DNA from: an uncultured Verrucomicrobiaceae bacterium
Lineage (GTDB): Bacteria > Verrucomicrobiota > Verrucomicrobiia > Verrucomicrobiales > Verrucomicrobiaceae
NCBI GenBank assembly: GCA_964538625.1
Contig: CAZIGH010000026.1
Coordinates: 4,902 to 68,901 of the forward strand
Direction of reading: 5' to 3'
DNA: 64,000 nucleotides
The notes below the pieces were generated by a model that saw only the letters and a program-made list of their open reading frames with translations, was not told where the DNA came from and made no database searches. This document shows, piece after piece, positions 44,885-52,792 of the stretch. The translations under genes and the position numbers were made by a program. Numbering within the stretch: the stretch's first letter is position 1; each line of letters starts with the position of its first letter.

Positions 44885-45376
44885 ATGACTGCGGCTGCAC
44901 GATTTCTCCTCTCCCTCGGCTGCATTGCCTTCGCTCTGACGGCATTGCCCTCCTGTTCCTCCACAGTTCGCGGACCCGGAGGGAAAGTGACGAAGGTGAA
45001 GACCTATCACCTCCAGCCTACGGAAAGACTGGACACCACGGACCGCGCTCTGACCTTTGAGCGCCAGTATTACCTGCACGGAGCTGTCACTCTGGCTGAG
45101 CAGATGGAGCGCGCTGGGCACTATTACACCATCTTCTGGAAGGTGACAGATCGCACCCAGCCTGTGACCCTGCGTTTTGAGTATCGTCAGCAAAAGACCG
45201 GTCTCGTCACCAAGGTGAAGGAGCAGCAAGTCACCGACATTCGTCGCAGCAACGTGAGCAAGTTCAACGTCACCGGTGCCGAATATCAGGCGGACGGTGC
45301 GGTTACCTCCTGGCGGGTGTCCGTCATGCGCGGAAAAGACGTCCTTGTCGCCTCTGAATCGTATCTCTGGAAATAA
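44885..45376 (+). CDS. Hypothetical lipoprotein
   Basis: Lipobox LTALPSCSS. No other motif recognised. Confidence 0.5.
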   Translation: MTAAARFLLSLGCIAFALTALPSCSSTVRGPGGKVTKVKTYHLQPTERLDTTDRALTFERQYYLHGAVTLAEQMERAGHYYTIFWKVTDRTQPVTLRFEYRQQKTGLVTKVKEQQVTDIRRSNVSKFNVTGAEYQADGAVTSWRVSVMRGKDVLVASESYLWK

Positions 45377-45400
45377 CCAACTTTCTGGAGGGCGAAAAAC

Positions 45401-45943
45401 GTGACAAGTCCGGCTACCGTTCTGGTGGGAAAGATAGGTTCCCTTTTTTGGCTCCGCATCGAGGGCAAGGGCTGCTTCCAAAACAGCGTCAACGTCAAGA
45501 AGGCGGTCCGCACCATGATCAAGGCCGGTGTGCGGAACTACGTCATCGACCTGGAGCGCTGTCCGAACATGGACTCCACCTTCCTTGGCACGCTTACCGG
45601 TGCCGCTCTGGATCTCAAACAGTCCGGTGGGGGTCGGCTCACCGTGCTCAATGCCAATGCTCGCAACCTCCAGCTCCTCTCCAGCCTGGGCTTGGACCAC
45701 ATTCTTGAGGTGGACAACAATGGCACTGCCTGGACGGAGGAACGTCGCCGCGCCGCTGAGGAACTGGCTCAGTGCGAAGCCGCAATGAATCTCTGCAAGA
45801 CCGAGCAGGCTGAGCACGTCCTGGCCGCTCACCGTGCGCTTACCGAGGCCAACTCCGAGAACGAGTTCCGGTTCCGCGACGTCATCGACTTCCTGGAACG
45901 CGAAGTGCAGCAGCAGACAGCCCGCGTGAGCGCGGAGAACTAA
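45401..45943 (+). CDS. STAS-domain protein (anti-sigma-factor-antagonist-like)
   Basis: FWLRIEGKGCFQNSVNVKKAVRTMIKAGVRNYVIDLERCPNMDSTFLGTLTG...LTVLNANARNLQLLSSLGL. The start is GTG. Confidence 0.7.
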   Translation: MTSPATVLVGKIGSLFWLRIEGKGCFQNSVNVKKAVRTMIKAGVRNYVIDLERCPNMDSTFLGTLTGAALDLKQSGGGRLTVLNANARNLQLLSSLGLDHILEVDNNGTAWTEERRRAAEELAQCEAAMNLCKTEQAEHVLAAHRALTEANSENEFRFRDVIDFLEREVQQQTARVSAEN

Positions 45944-46002
45944 GCAAGGTGCTGCCCGGCTGGTGCTGACGTGGCACCCGGCTGCCGCTCTGAAGTTCGG
46001 CG

Positions 46003-47985
46003 CTACTGCCCGGCACGAGCAAGACTGGCCAGCACCTCTTCTGCCACCCGTGCTGCGGTGATGCCCGTCATGCACTCGTAATGGCCAAATGGGCATTCTC
46101 GTTTGAAGCAGGGACTGCATGGCACGTGGTGACGCACAATGCGGTGATGCGCTCCCAGCGGCCCGGTCAGGATGGGTTCCGTGGAGCCGAAGATGGACAC
46201 CGTGGGCACACCCAGTGCTGCGGCCAGGTGCATGGTGCCTGTGTCATTGGTCACCAGGAGCGCGCAGCGTCGCAGTGCGGTGATGAGTTCCATCATGGAA
46301 GTCTTTCCCACGCGGTTTTGATGTGGCGCTGCCACCATGGCCGAGAGAGCCTGCCCCATGGCTGCCTCTCCCGGTGCGCCGAAGAACTGCCACTCGATGT
46401 CGCCACGCTGCTCCGACACAAGTGAGATGGTTTCTGCGTAGCGCTCCAGCGGCCACCGCTTCGCCGGACCATATTCCGCACCGGCGCAGATGCCGACATG
46501 GAGAGGAGAGGTGGTGATGTCTCTCACCGCATCACCGCCAAAGACCGCCTCCGCCTCCGTGTCCGCTCCACAATGCGCGGCCATGCGCAGGCCCTTCAGC
46601 GCTTGGTGCTCCGGGGGGCTACCAGGCTTCGGCTCCGGCGTGATCTGCCCCAGAAAATACGACCTCAGCGAGCCCTTGAAACCCACGAGTCGTTCGATGT
46701 CCGCCAGGGCAAACTCCAGCGTGGAACGTGTGGAGTTGGTGAAGAACAGCCCTGCATCATAGCGCCGCCCAGTGCCAGTGATCCTCCGCGCCGCAGTCAG
46801 TAGGCCGTCCTTTGGTTCCTTGCAGATCACCTCATCGATGAAGCCAAGTGAGCGCCAGAGTTCCGCCAGTTTGGCCGGGGTGAAGACGGTGAGCCTCAAG
46901 TCCGGCCTGCTGCCGCGCAGCGCACGCACGGCAGGGAAAGCCATGCACGCGTCCCCCAGCCAGTTGGGCGAGCGCAGAATGACTTCAAACGGCTGCAACC
47001 GGGTGCGATCGTAACCTGTCGGCCACACGATGCCGCGTTTGTAGCGGGAGAGGAGAAAGTCCGGCCTCGGCGTCTTCCAGCGGTTGTGCACCCAGAACCA
47101 GTTCTCCGGCGCCTCGCGGATGATCTGTTCCACCCGCAGATTCAGTGCCGCCGTGATGCCTTCTGCACTTGCCTTCTCCTCACCTGAAACGACCGGCGGA
47201 TGAATGACCATCTTCCACCGAGCCAGCCCCGCATCCTGCACGGAGATGGGCAGCAGCGGCGTCCGGCAGCGGATGGCCATGAGCGCGGGGAGGGGTGTGG
47301 TGGAAGCCAGCCTGTCGAAGAACGGACACCATACGCCGCCGTCGCCCGCGTGTTGATCCACCAGCACACCTAGAGCGCCGCAGTTCTCCCGCAGGTGCTT
47401 GAGCGGCCCCATGAAGCCGTCCTTCCGGTCAAACAACGTGTAGCCCAACTGCTCGCGACGGCGGCGCACATGCTCGTTGAGAAAGGGATTTGACAGCGCC
47501 TGGTAGATGCTGGCCGGCTTCATGCCTGCGGGCACAAACAGGCTCGGCACCTGCGTCAGCAGTTCCCAGCAGCTGAGGTGACACACCGCGTAAAGCACAG
47601 GGCGGCCAGACTCCGCCACTTTCTCCGAGTGCTCCAGCCCGCTCACGGACACTCGTTTCACGATGTCCGCCTCTCGCATCATGGGAAGTTTCAGGCCGCA
47701 AAGGAAGTTCCCCCCCATCGACATGAAGTGTGCCCGCACGAGCCACCTCTGCGAGCTGGGGCTCAGCTCCCGCCCAAAGGCGATGCGCACATTCCGCGCT
47801 GCCAGTTTTCGATACGGCACCGCTACAAGCCAGATGACCAGACCTAGACCCCTACCGAGCAAGGCCACCAAAGGCAGCGGAACCATGCTCAGCACAGACT
47901 CCACCGCGCGGAAGAGCGCATACACCAGCCACTGGCCGACGCGCCCCGCTTGTGCGGACCACCCCGGTCGAGTCTTTGCTGCCAT
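46003..47985 (-). CDS. Fusion protein: LpxL/HtrB-type lipid A acyltransferase (N) + glycosyltransferase family 9 heptosyltransferase (C)
   Basis: N-terminal half has CHLSCWELL (HxxxxE motif). C-terminal half has RSPNWLGDACMAFPAVRAL...VTNDTGTMHLAAALGVPTVSIFG. It is a single uninterrupted 660-codon ORF. Confidence 0.75.
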   Translation of the reverse strand: MAAKTRPGWSAQAGRVGQWLVYALFRAVESVLSMVPLPLVALLGRGLGLVIWLVAVPYRKLAARNVRIAFGRELSPSSQRWLVRAHFMSMGGNFLCGLKLPMMREADIVKRVSVSGLEHSEKVAESGRPVLYAVCHLSCWELLTQVPSLFVPAGMKPASIYQALSNPFLNEHVRRRREQLGYTLFDRKDGFMGPLKHLRENCGALGVLVDQHAGDGGVWCPFFDRLASTTPLPALMAIRCRTPLLPISVQDAGLARWKMVIHPPVVSGEEKASAEGITAALNLRVEQIIREAPENWFWVHNRWKTPRPDFLLSRYKRGIVWPTGYDRTRLQPFEVILRSPNWLGDACMAFPAVRALRGSRPDLRLTVFTPAKLAELWRSLGFIDEVICKEPKDGLLTAARRITGTGRRYDAGLFFTNSTRSTLEFALADIERLVGFKGSLRSYFLGQITPEPKPGSPPEHQALKGLRMAAHCGADTEAEAVFGGDAVRDITTSPLHVGICAGAEYGPAKRWPLERYAETISLVSEQRGDIEWQFFGAPGEAAMGQALSAMVAAPHQNRVGKTSMMELITALRRCALLVTNDTGTMHLAAALGVPTVSIFGSTEPILTGPLGAHHRIVRHHVPCSPCFKRECPFGHYECMTGITAARVAEEVLASLARAGQ

Positions 47986-48006
47986 GAAGGAGAGGATCGG
48001 CTACGC

Positions 48007-48603
48007 CTAGGGCACCTTCAACTTTTGCCCGGGTCTGATGAGGTCACTGGAGAGACCGTTCGCCGCTTTGAGTTTGGCTACCGTAGTGTTGCGCTTTGCA
48101 GCGATTTTCCACAGAGAATCGCCTTGAGCCACGGTGTAAGTCGAACTCGTGGGCTTCTTCGGTGCAGGCTTCTTGGGCGCAGGTTTCTTCGCGGACGCTG
48201 TGGACTTGGGCTTGGAGGAACTCACCGGTCTGGAGGAACTGCTGGAAGACGAGTAGGACGACGATGATGCGTAAGAGGGTGCCGGTGCCGTGTAACCTCC
48301 GGACTGGCTGGGCGCCATCTCATAGCCCACGGGTGGCGGTGGCACGTTTTGTCCATACTGGGAGTTCATCGTGGCACTACCGCTCCCCGGCTGGATGTAG
48401 GTGCCCGGTGCAGCGTAGGCCCCGCCACCATCCGGATACGGATTGAAACCGCCGTCCTCGTAGTTGGAGGCGATCAGCGGATCACTGACATCCGACTTGG
48501 TGCTCTTGCAAGAGGTCAGCAAAGCAGCGCCCGTAAGGCTCAAAAAGGCCACTCCAAGACGGACGACGGCAGCAGCGGTGGTTGGGGGGGTCTCGCGTGT
48601 CAT
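48007..48603 (-). CDS. LysM-domain lipoprotein
   Basis: Lipobox LLTSC. Ser-rich and (KKPAP) low-complexity region. C-terminal Lys[44 protein letters not shown]. The start is at ATG 48603. Confidence 0.8.
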   Translation of the reverse strand: MTRETPPTTAAAVVRLGVAFLSLTGAALLTSCKSTKSDVSDPLIASNYEDGGFNPYPDGGGAYAAPGTYIQPGSGSATMNSQYGQNVPPPPVGYEMAPSQSGGYTAPAPSYASSSSYSSSSSSSRPVSSSKPKSTASAKKPAPKKPAPKKPTSSTYTVAQGDSLWKIAAKRNTTVAKLKAANGLSSDLIRPGQKLKVP

Positions 48604-48666
48604 CAGGCCTATTATTCTGGCGTCGCGAACGGGTTGCAAAGGCTTTGTTAAGTTTATGGAAAAACC

Positions 48667-50202
48667 TCACTCGTAATCCCACTTCTGGATCCATGGGTCG
48701 CCGAACTCTTTCTGGAAAGCCTTCAGTTTCGCCTTATACTCCTCCAGCGTGGACTGGAACTGGGGGTTGTCCGCCAGGTTTTTCGTCTCATCCGGGTCAT
48801 ACTTCATGTCATAGAGTTCAAAGCGTGGCCGGTGAATGTATTCTCCCACGGTCTTCGCCCCGTAAGGTGCGTCCATGCCCAGCTTGTACTGAGCCTGCCA
48901 GCTCGCCGCCGCCCACAAGTCTGAGGCGAAAGGATAGGGCAGGGGATTGGCGATGTTCCAGATGAGCTTGAACTTCTCATCCCGGATGGAGCGCATGGGG
49001 TAATACATTTGGATCTCATGGAAGGTGTGAGAGCCATGCACCACCGTACGCGTGGGATCGTTCTCCTGCTCCAATATGCCCAACCAGGACCGCCCATGAT
49101 AGCGCTCCAGTCCGCGCCGTGGTCCCAGGTTCTCCTGGTTACTCACTCCTTTCTGCTTCCAATAGGCTGCGGCGTTCAGCATGTCTTTTGGCGCGTTCTT
49201 TTCGTGATCCAAACCGCCCGCGAAGTCCAGCAGCGAGGGGGTGATGTCGATGTGCGAGATGAGCGCCTCACTCTTCACCCCGCGCTTGGCCACATACGGA
49301 TTGCGCACGATGAAGGGCACTTTCAGCCCGGGCTCGTACACCGTTGTCTTGCCGCCTGGAAAAGCCATGCCGTGATCACTCGTGATGACGATGAGCGTTT
49401 TGTCATACACACCCGCTTCCTTGAGCACCTCTACCAGCCTGCCAATGCCCTGGTCCACCCGCGATACGCTTTGATAATACTGCACTAGCTCTGCGCGGCA
49501 GGTGGGCGTGTCTGGCAGGAACGGCGGCACATACACCTCTTCCGGCGTGTAAAACGTCTCCTTCACCCCGGGGTAGGATTGTTTGCCCGGTTTGTTGCCG
49601 AACAAGTTCGCCTTGTCCGGCAGCGGACTGGTTTCATCATCCCCGCCACCGCGATGCGGATCCGCCGTGCCGATGTAGAGGAAGAACGGCTTGTCTGACA
49701 CCTCCTTGATGAACTCTGCACACTGGTTCACTTGTTGCACCGTATTTCGCCCGTCTCCGCTGAGGTATTTTCCAAAGTCAAACACCTCCGCAGGAGCCAC
49801 GTGATGCTTCCCCGCGTGAGCTGTGCGGTAGCCGGCACGCCGCATCACTTGCGGCAGCGCTAGCGAGATGGTGTTCGGCCAGCAGGCGAACTTGTGGAAC
49901 GAGTGCAGGTGCCCGTACTGACCGTTCGCGTGATTGTGCAGACCGGTCATGACCACACTGCGGGAGGCGCTGCAGCTCGCCGTGGTGGCATAGGCATTCG
50001 TGAAGAGCGTGCCATCCGCCGCCAGCGCATCCATGTTGGGGGTCTTCACCTGCGGGTAGCCATAGCAGCCCAGGTAAGCCCCCAGGTCATCCGCTATGTA
50101 GAAGACCACATTTCGCTCCGCCGCCAAAAGCGGAGAGGCTACCAAACCGAGCATCACAAACCAGCAGCGCATCCAAGTCATGCCCGCGTAAACGCCACTC
50201 AC
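48667..50202 (-). CDS. Sulfatase (formylglycine-dependent; N-sulfoglucosamine sulfohydrolase-like)
   Basis: Signal peptide. DDLG metal site. SCSASRSVVMTGLHNHANG (CxAxR FGly motif). ITSDHG. The true start may be one of the Met codons within the first 11 codons. Confidence 0.88.
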   Translation of the reverse strand: MSGVYAGMTWMRCWFVMLGLVASPLLAAERNVVFYIADDLGAYLGCYGYPQVKTPNMDALAADGTLFTNAYATTASCSASRSVVMTGLHNHANGQYGHLHSFHKFACWPNTISLALPQVMRRAGYRTAHAGKHHVAPAEVFDFGKYLSGDGRNTVQQVNQCAEFIKEVSDKPFFLYIGTADPHRGGGDDETSPLPDKANLFGNKPGKQSYPGVKETFYTPEEVYVPPFLPDTPTCRAELVQYYQSVSRVDQGIGRLVEVLKEAGVYDKTLIVITSDHGMAFPGGKTTVYEPGLKVPFIVRNPYVAKRGVKSEALISHIDITPSLLDFAGGLDHEKNAPKDMLNAAAYWKQKGVSNQENLGPRRGLERYHGRSWLGILEQENDPTRTVVHGSHTFHEIQMYYPMRSIRDEKFKLIWNIANPLPYPFASDLWAAASWQAQYKLGMDAPYGAKTVGEYIHRPRFELYDMKYDPDETKNLADNPQFQSTLEEYKAKLKAFQKEFGDPWIQKWDYE

Positions 50203-50460
50203 CCCGCCGGACTGGCAGAAAAATCACTCCTTCTCCAGCAACCCGATAGCGTGTCGAGATGCCCAAACCATCGTCACACCAGCGGTGTCGAACTGCCCAG
50301 CAGTCAGGTTTGGAAGGCGGCACCCTGAGTGACCGCACGGGCACAGCGTTGCAAAAAGCAGATGCAATCCAAGGCTTGGAGTCTATCTATCGTGCCAGCC
50401 CTGCCAACGCTTGACGTCGCCGGATGCGACCCGGGTGCTCAGGAAACGGAGGTTCCCACC

Positions 50461-51087
50461 ATGCACGATTTGATTGCCCTCACACAGTGGCCCACCATGC
50501 CAGCTCCGTTGAGCAGCCGCCAGCCGGGCGAGGCATGGGTCTGGGGTGATTATGTTCTCACTTTACAGGTGTATCCAAAGAGCATGGCAGATGCGCTGCA
50601 CCAGCTCACCAACACACCTCAGACAGTAAGGTCGCCCATCGATTATCCTTTTGCGGTGATGGCATACTACAGGAAGGATCGGAACCCACACGGTCCGTCG
50701 AGCAGGCCCATCATGGCTGCATGCTTGGAGAAGATGGACAACGCGGCTGTGGTCGCCATGTTGAAGGCACAGGGCATCAACCCCGCTGAGATGGGCATGG
50801 GCACTGATGCGCCATACATGCTGGGCGTCTTCACGGCCACCGTCAGATTCAATCGCGGAACGTATGACGGACCTGACGATGTGGATTCCGTGCGTGAGCG
50901 CCTGTTTGAAATCATCGCTGAGCACCTCCAGCCAGTGGGCGAGCCGGTGAAGATCGGACCCATCGCGGCCATCCACGGCCACCCCAACACGGGCTGGCCA
51001 CCCCCACCCACCGCGAAGAAGGGAGGTTGCTTCGGCGCCATCGTCCTTGCCCTGGCCATCGCCTTGGCGCAGGTCTTGGCTTCTTAG
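50461..51087 (+). CDS. Hypothetical protein with C-terminal TM anchor
   Basis: ORF with ordinary coding composition. The start is placed at ATG 50461 (MHDLIAL). C-terminal GCFGAIVLALAIALAQVLAS. Confidence 0.4.
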   Translation: MHDLIALTQWPTMPAPLSSRQPGEAWVWGDYVLTLQVYPKSMADALHQLTNTPQTVRSPIDYPFAVMAYYRKDRNPHGPSSRPIMAACLEKMDNAAVVAMLKAQGINPAEMGMGTDAPYMLGVFTATVRFNRGTYDGPDDVDSVRERLFEIIAEHLQPVGEPVKIGPIAAIHGHPNTGWPPPPTAKKGGCFGAIVLALAIALAQVLAS

Positions 51088-51253
51088 GCCTGAATGCTAA
51101 AACGAGGCTAGGCCATGAAGGCCCGGTGGCAGCGCGGAGTTGAGATCGTGGCAGGGTGTAGCATCCGACGTCCGGCTCAATGCTGCGCACTGTCGCGTGC
51201 GGCCACTTGTCGAGGTGTTCGCTCGCCGATGAGAAATCAATCAGGGACTAGAG

Positions 51254-51480
51254 CTAGTTGCAAAACTCCAACGAAGGAATGCGGCTTCGAGGAGCGCTAC
51301 AGTGGCTTCCACTTTAGTCGAAACTCGAGCGGCCCAACGCTTCGACTGAAGTCGAAACCACTTTCTCTCGTCCACCACTACAGTTCTGCAGTAGCAGAAA
51401 CCTCAAAGATTTGGGGGTAACGGAACTCCGAACGTTTCTCCACCGTTCTTTTTCAGCTTCCACAGGGGTTTTGCAACTGG
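51254..51480 (+). ncRNA. Candidate structured RNA or miniature inverted-repeat element in a lower-GC intergenic region
   Basis: A 16-bp closing helix (51254-51269 with 51465-51480) has two positions that pair only as G-U on the + strand. Internal hairpins lie at 51297-51317, 51341-51356 and 51401-51416. No Rfam-type signature recognised. Confidence 0.3.
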
Positions 51481-51484
51481 CTCA

Positions 51485-52042
51485 CTAATCTGGATTTTTG
51501 ATGCCGAATTCGACATCCTGTCGCTTGCGCTTTTCGATCCAACGGTAGATGGCGGCGAACCTTGACATCATGACTCCGCCGCAGCCAGCCAGACCCAGTG
51601 TGATGAGCAGTCGGATTTGAGTGTAAGCATCCAGTGTCCTGCCACCGCCCGTGCCCTTCGGCGGGATCAGTTTCATTAAGTCCTCACTCAGCCGGACGAG
51701 CGCCCAACCCGTGAGCAGGACGCCAACAAGAAAAATCATCGTCTCGTTTGTGGAAACACGCCCGGCCTCATCCTTTTCGCTTTGGGGCTGGTCTCGAAGG
51801 GCGAACTCGCAAACGAGGGGAGCGAAGAACCAGGTGAGGCACACGAGGCCAAAGTAAAGGGCCAGGATGGGCGTCAAAAGCTGCCAGACTGACGGAAAGG
51901 CCTCGCCGAGTTCCGCCGCTTGATTCAGTTGCATCTGATAGGTGATGATGCTGCTGGATGTGGTCTCGATTCCGCGGAGCGCGAAGTAGATGGCGATGAG
52001 TCGGGCCGCACCGACGAGGAAGCGGAGAGGTACGTCAGGCAT
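51485..52042 (-). CDS. Hypothetical multi-pass membrane protein
   Basis: Hydrophobic ORF 3 nt downstream of the DUF4230-like gene. Confidence 0.5.
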   Translation of the reverse strand: MPDVPLRFLVGAARLIAIYFALRGIETTSSSIITYQMQLNQAAELGEAFPSVWQLLTPILALYFGLVCLTWFFAPLVCEFALRDQPQSEKDEAGRVSTNETMIFLVGVLLTGWALVRLSEDLMKLIPPKGTGGGRTLDAYTQIRLLITLGLAGCGGVMMSRFAAIYRWIEKRKRQDVEFGIKNPD

Positions 52043-52045
52043 GAT

Positions 52046-52792
52046 CTATGGCAGCGAGATTGCGGGGACGGGCGGGGAGGCAGGATCTTCGTCCGGGAAA
52101 CGCACGATGATGGCGGAGATGCGCTCTTTGCTCCACTGGTTTTCCTTTAACAACCAGGTGCGGACAAACTCAGCCACGGCTTTGCGTGAGCCTTCTCGCA
52201 CCTGATTGATACGGTGTGGCGTGTCAGCACGCTTTTCGAGGGTGGGGGTGAGACTTTTCTCAAGATCCGCCAGGTGTTCTTTGGCGTTGAAGCGCAGCCA
52301 GCCCGACTCGGACTTCCTCTCCATTCCGTCGGTGCGGATGGCGGGCGGCAGGCTGGGGCGAATGGCGGGCGCGAGCACGGTGCACACGCCATTCTCTACA
52401 CTGAGCTTCCACTCGTCGGTGAGCCGCAGGTGGTAGCGATAGACGGTGGGCACCTTGATTTCCGACACGGTGGTGCCGAGGTAGAGCAAGTTCCCCAGGG
52501 CGGACTTCATGTCGTAGGAGGTGATGGTCTCTGTCATCTCCAGCGTAGCGAGTTCCAGGATGTTTCCCTGGGTGGGGGTGACTTTGATGAACTCCTCTCG
52601 GAAGGTTTGGGTGATATGCTGGTTGAGAAACTTCGAGGGCAATGAGCTGAACGCATCCAGCGCCTTCCACCCCAGGATGGCGGCTATGATCAATGCGGCG
52701 AGGAGGGTGAGCGCCAAGGTGGCCCAGCAGCCAGGCCCTCGACGGCGAGGCTCTGGAGCGGCAGTGGCAGGCGCTGGAGTTTCCTGACTCAT
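52046..52792 (-). CDS. DUF4230-like membrane-anchored protein
   Basis: N-terminal TM WATLALTLLAALIIAAILGW, then ...KVPTVYRYHLRLTDEWKL.... The start at ATG 52792 overlaps the upstream stop (ATGA). The family name is from recollection. Confidence 0.55.
   Translation of the reverse strand: MSQETPAPATAAPEPRRRGPGCWATLALTLLAALIIAAILGWKALDAFSSLPSKFLNQHITQTFREEFIKVTPTQGNILELATLEMTETITSYDMKSALGNLLYLGTTVSEIKVPTVYRYHLRLTDEWKLSVENGVCTVLAPAIRPSLPPAIRTDGMERKSESGWLRFNAKEHLADLEKSLTPTLEKRADTPHRINQVREGSRKAVAEFVRTWLLKENQWSKERISAIIVRFPDEDPASPPVPAISLP

Noticed and set aside
44762-46120. 452-aa minus-strand ORF
   Set aside because: It lies antisense to the lipoprotein and STAS genes and reaches into the 3' end of the same-strand LpxL-GT9 gene. 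It has no motifs, and its composition is typical of antisense frames in GC-rich DNA.
51088-51484. tmRNA, RNase P RNA, SRP RNA or a tRNA in the long intergenic gap
   Set aside because: I found no GGGGCUGA...CCACCA termini or tag-peptide reading frame, no GAGGAAAGUCC-type RNase P block, no SRP GGAA/AGCA loop motif, and no T-loop GGTTCGAA-type sequence.
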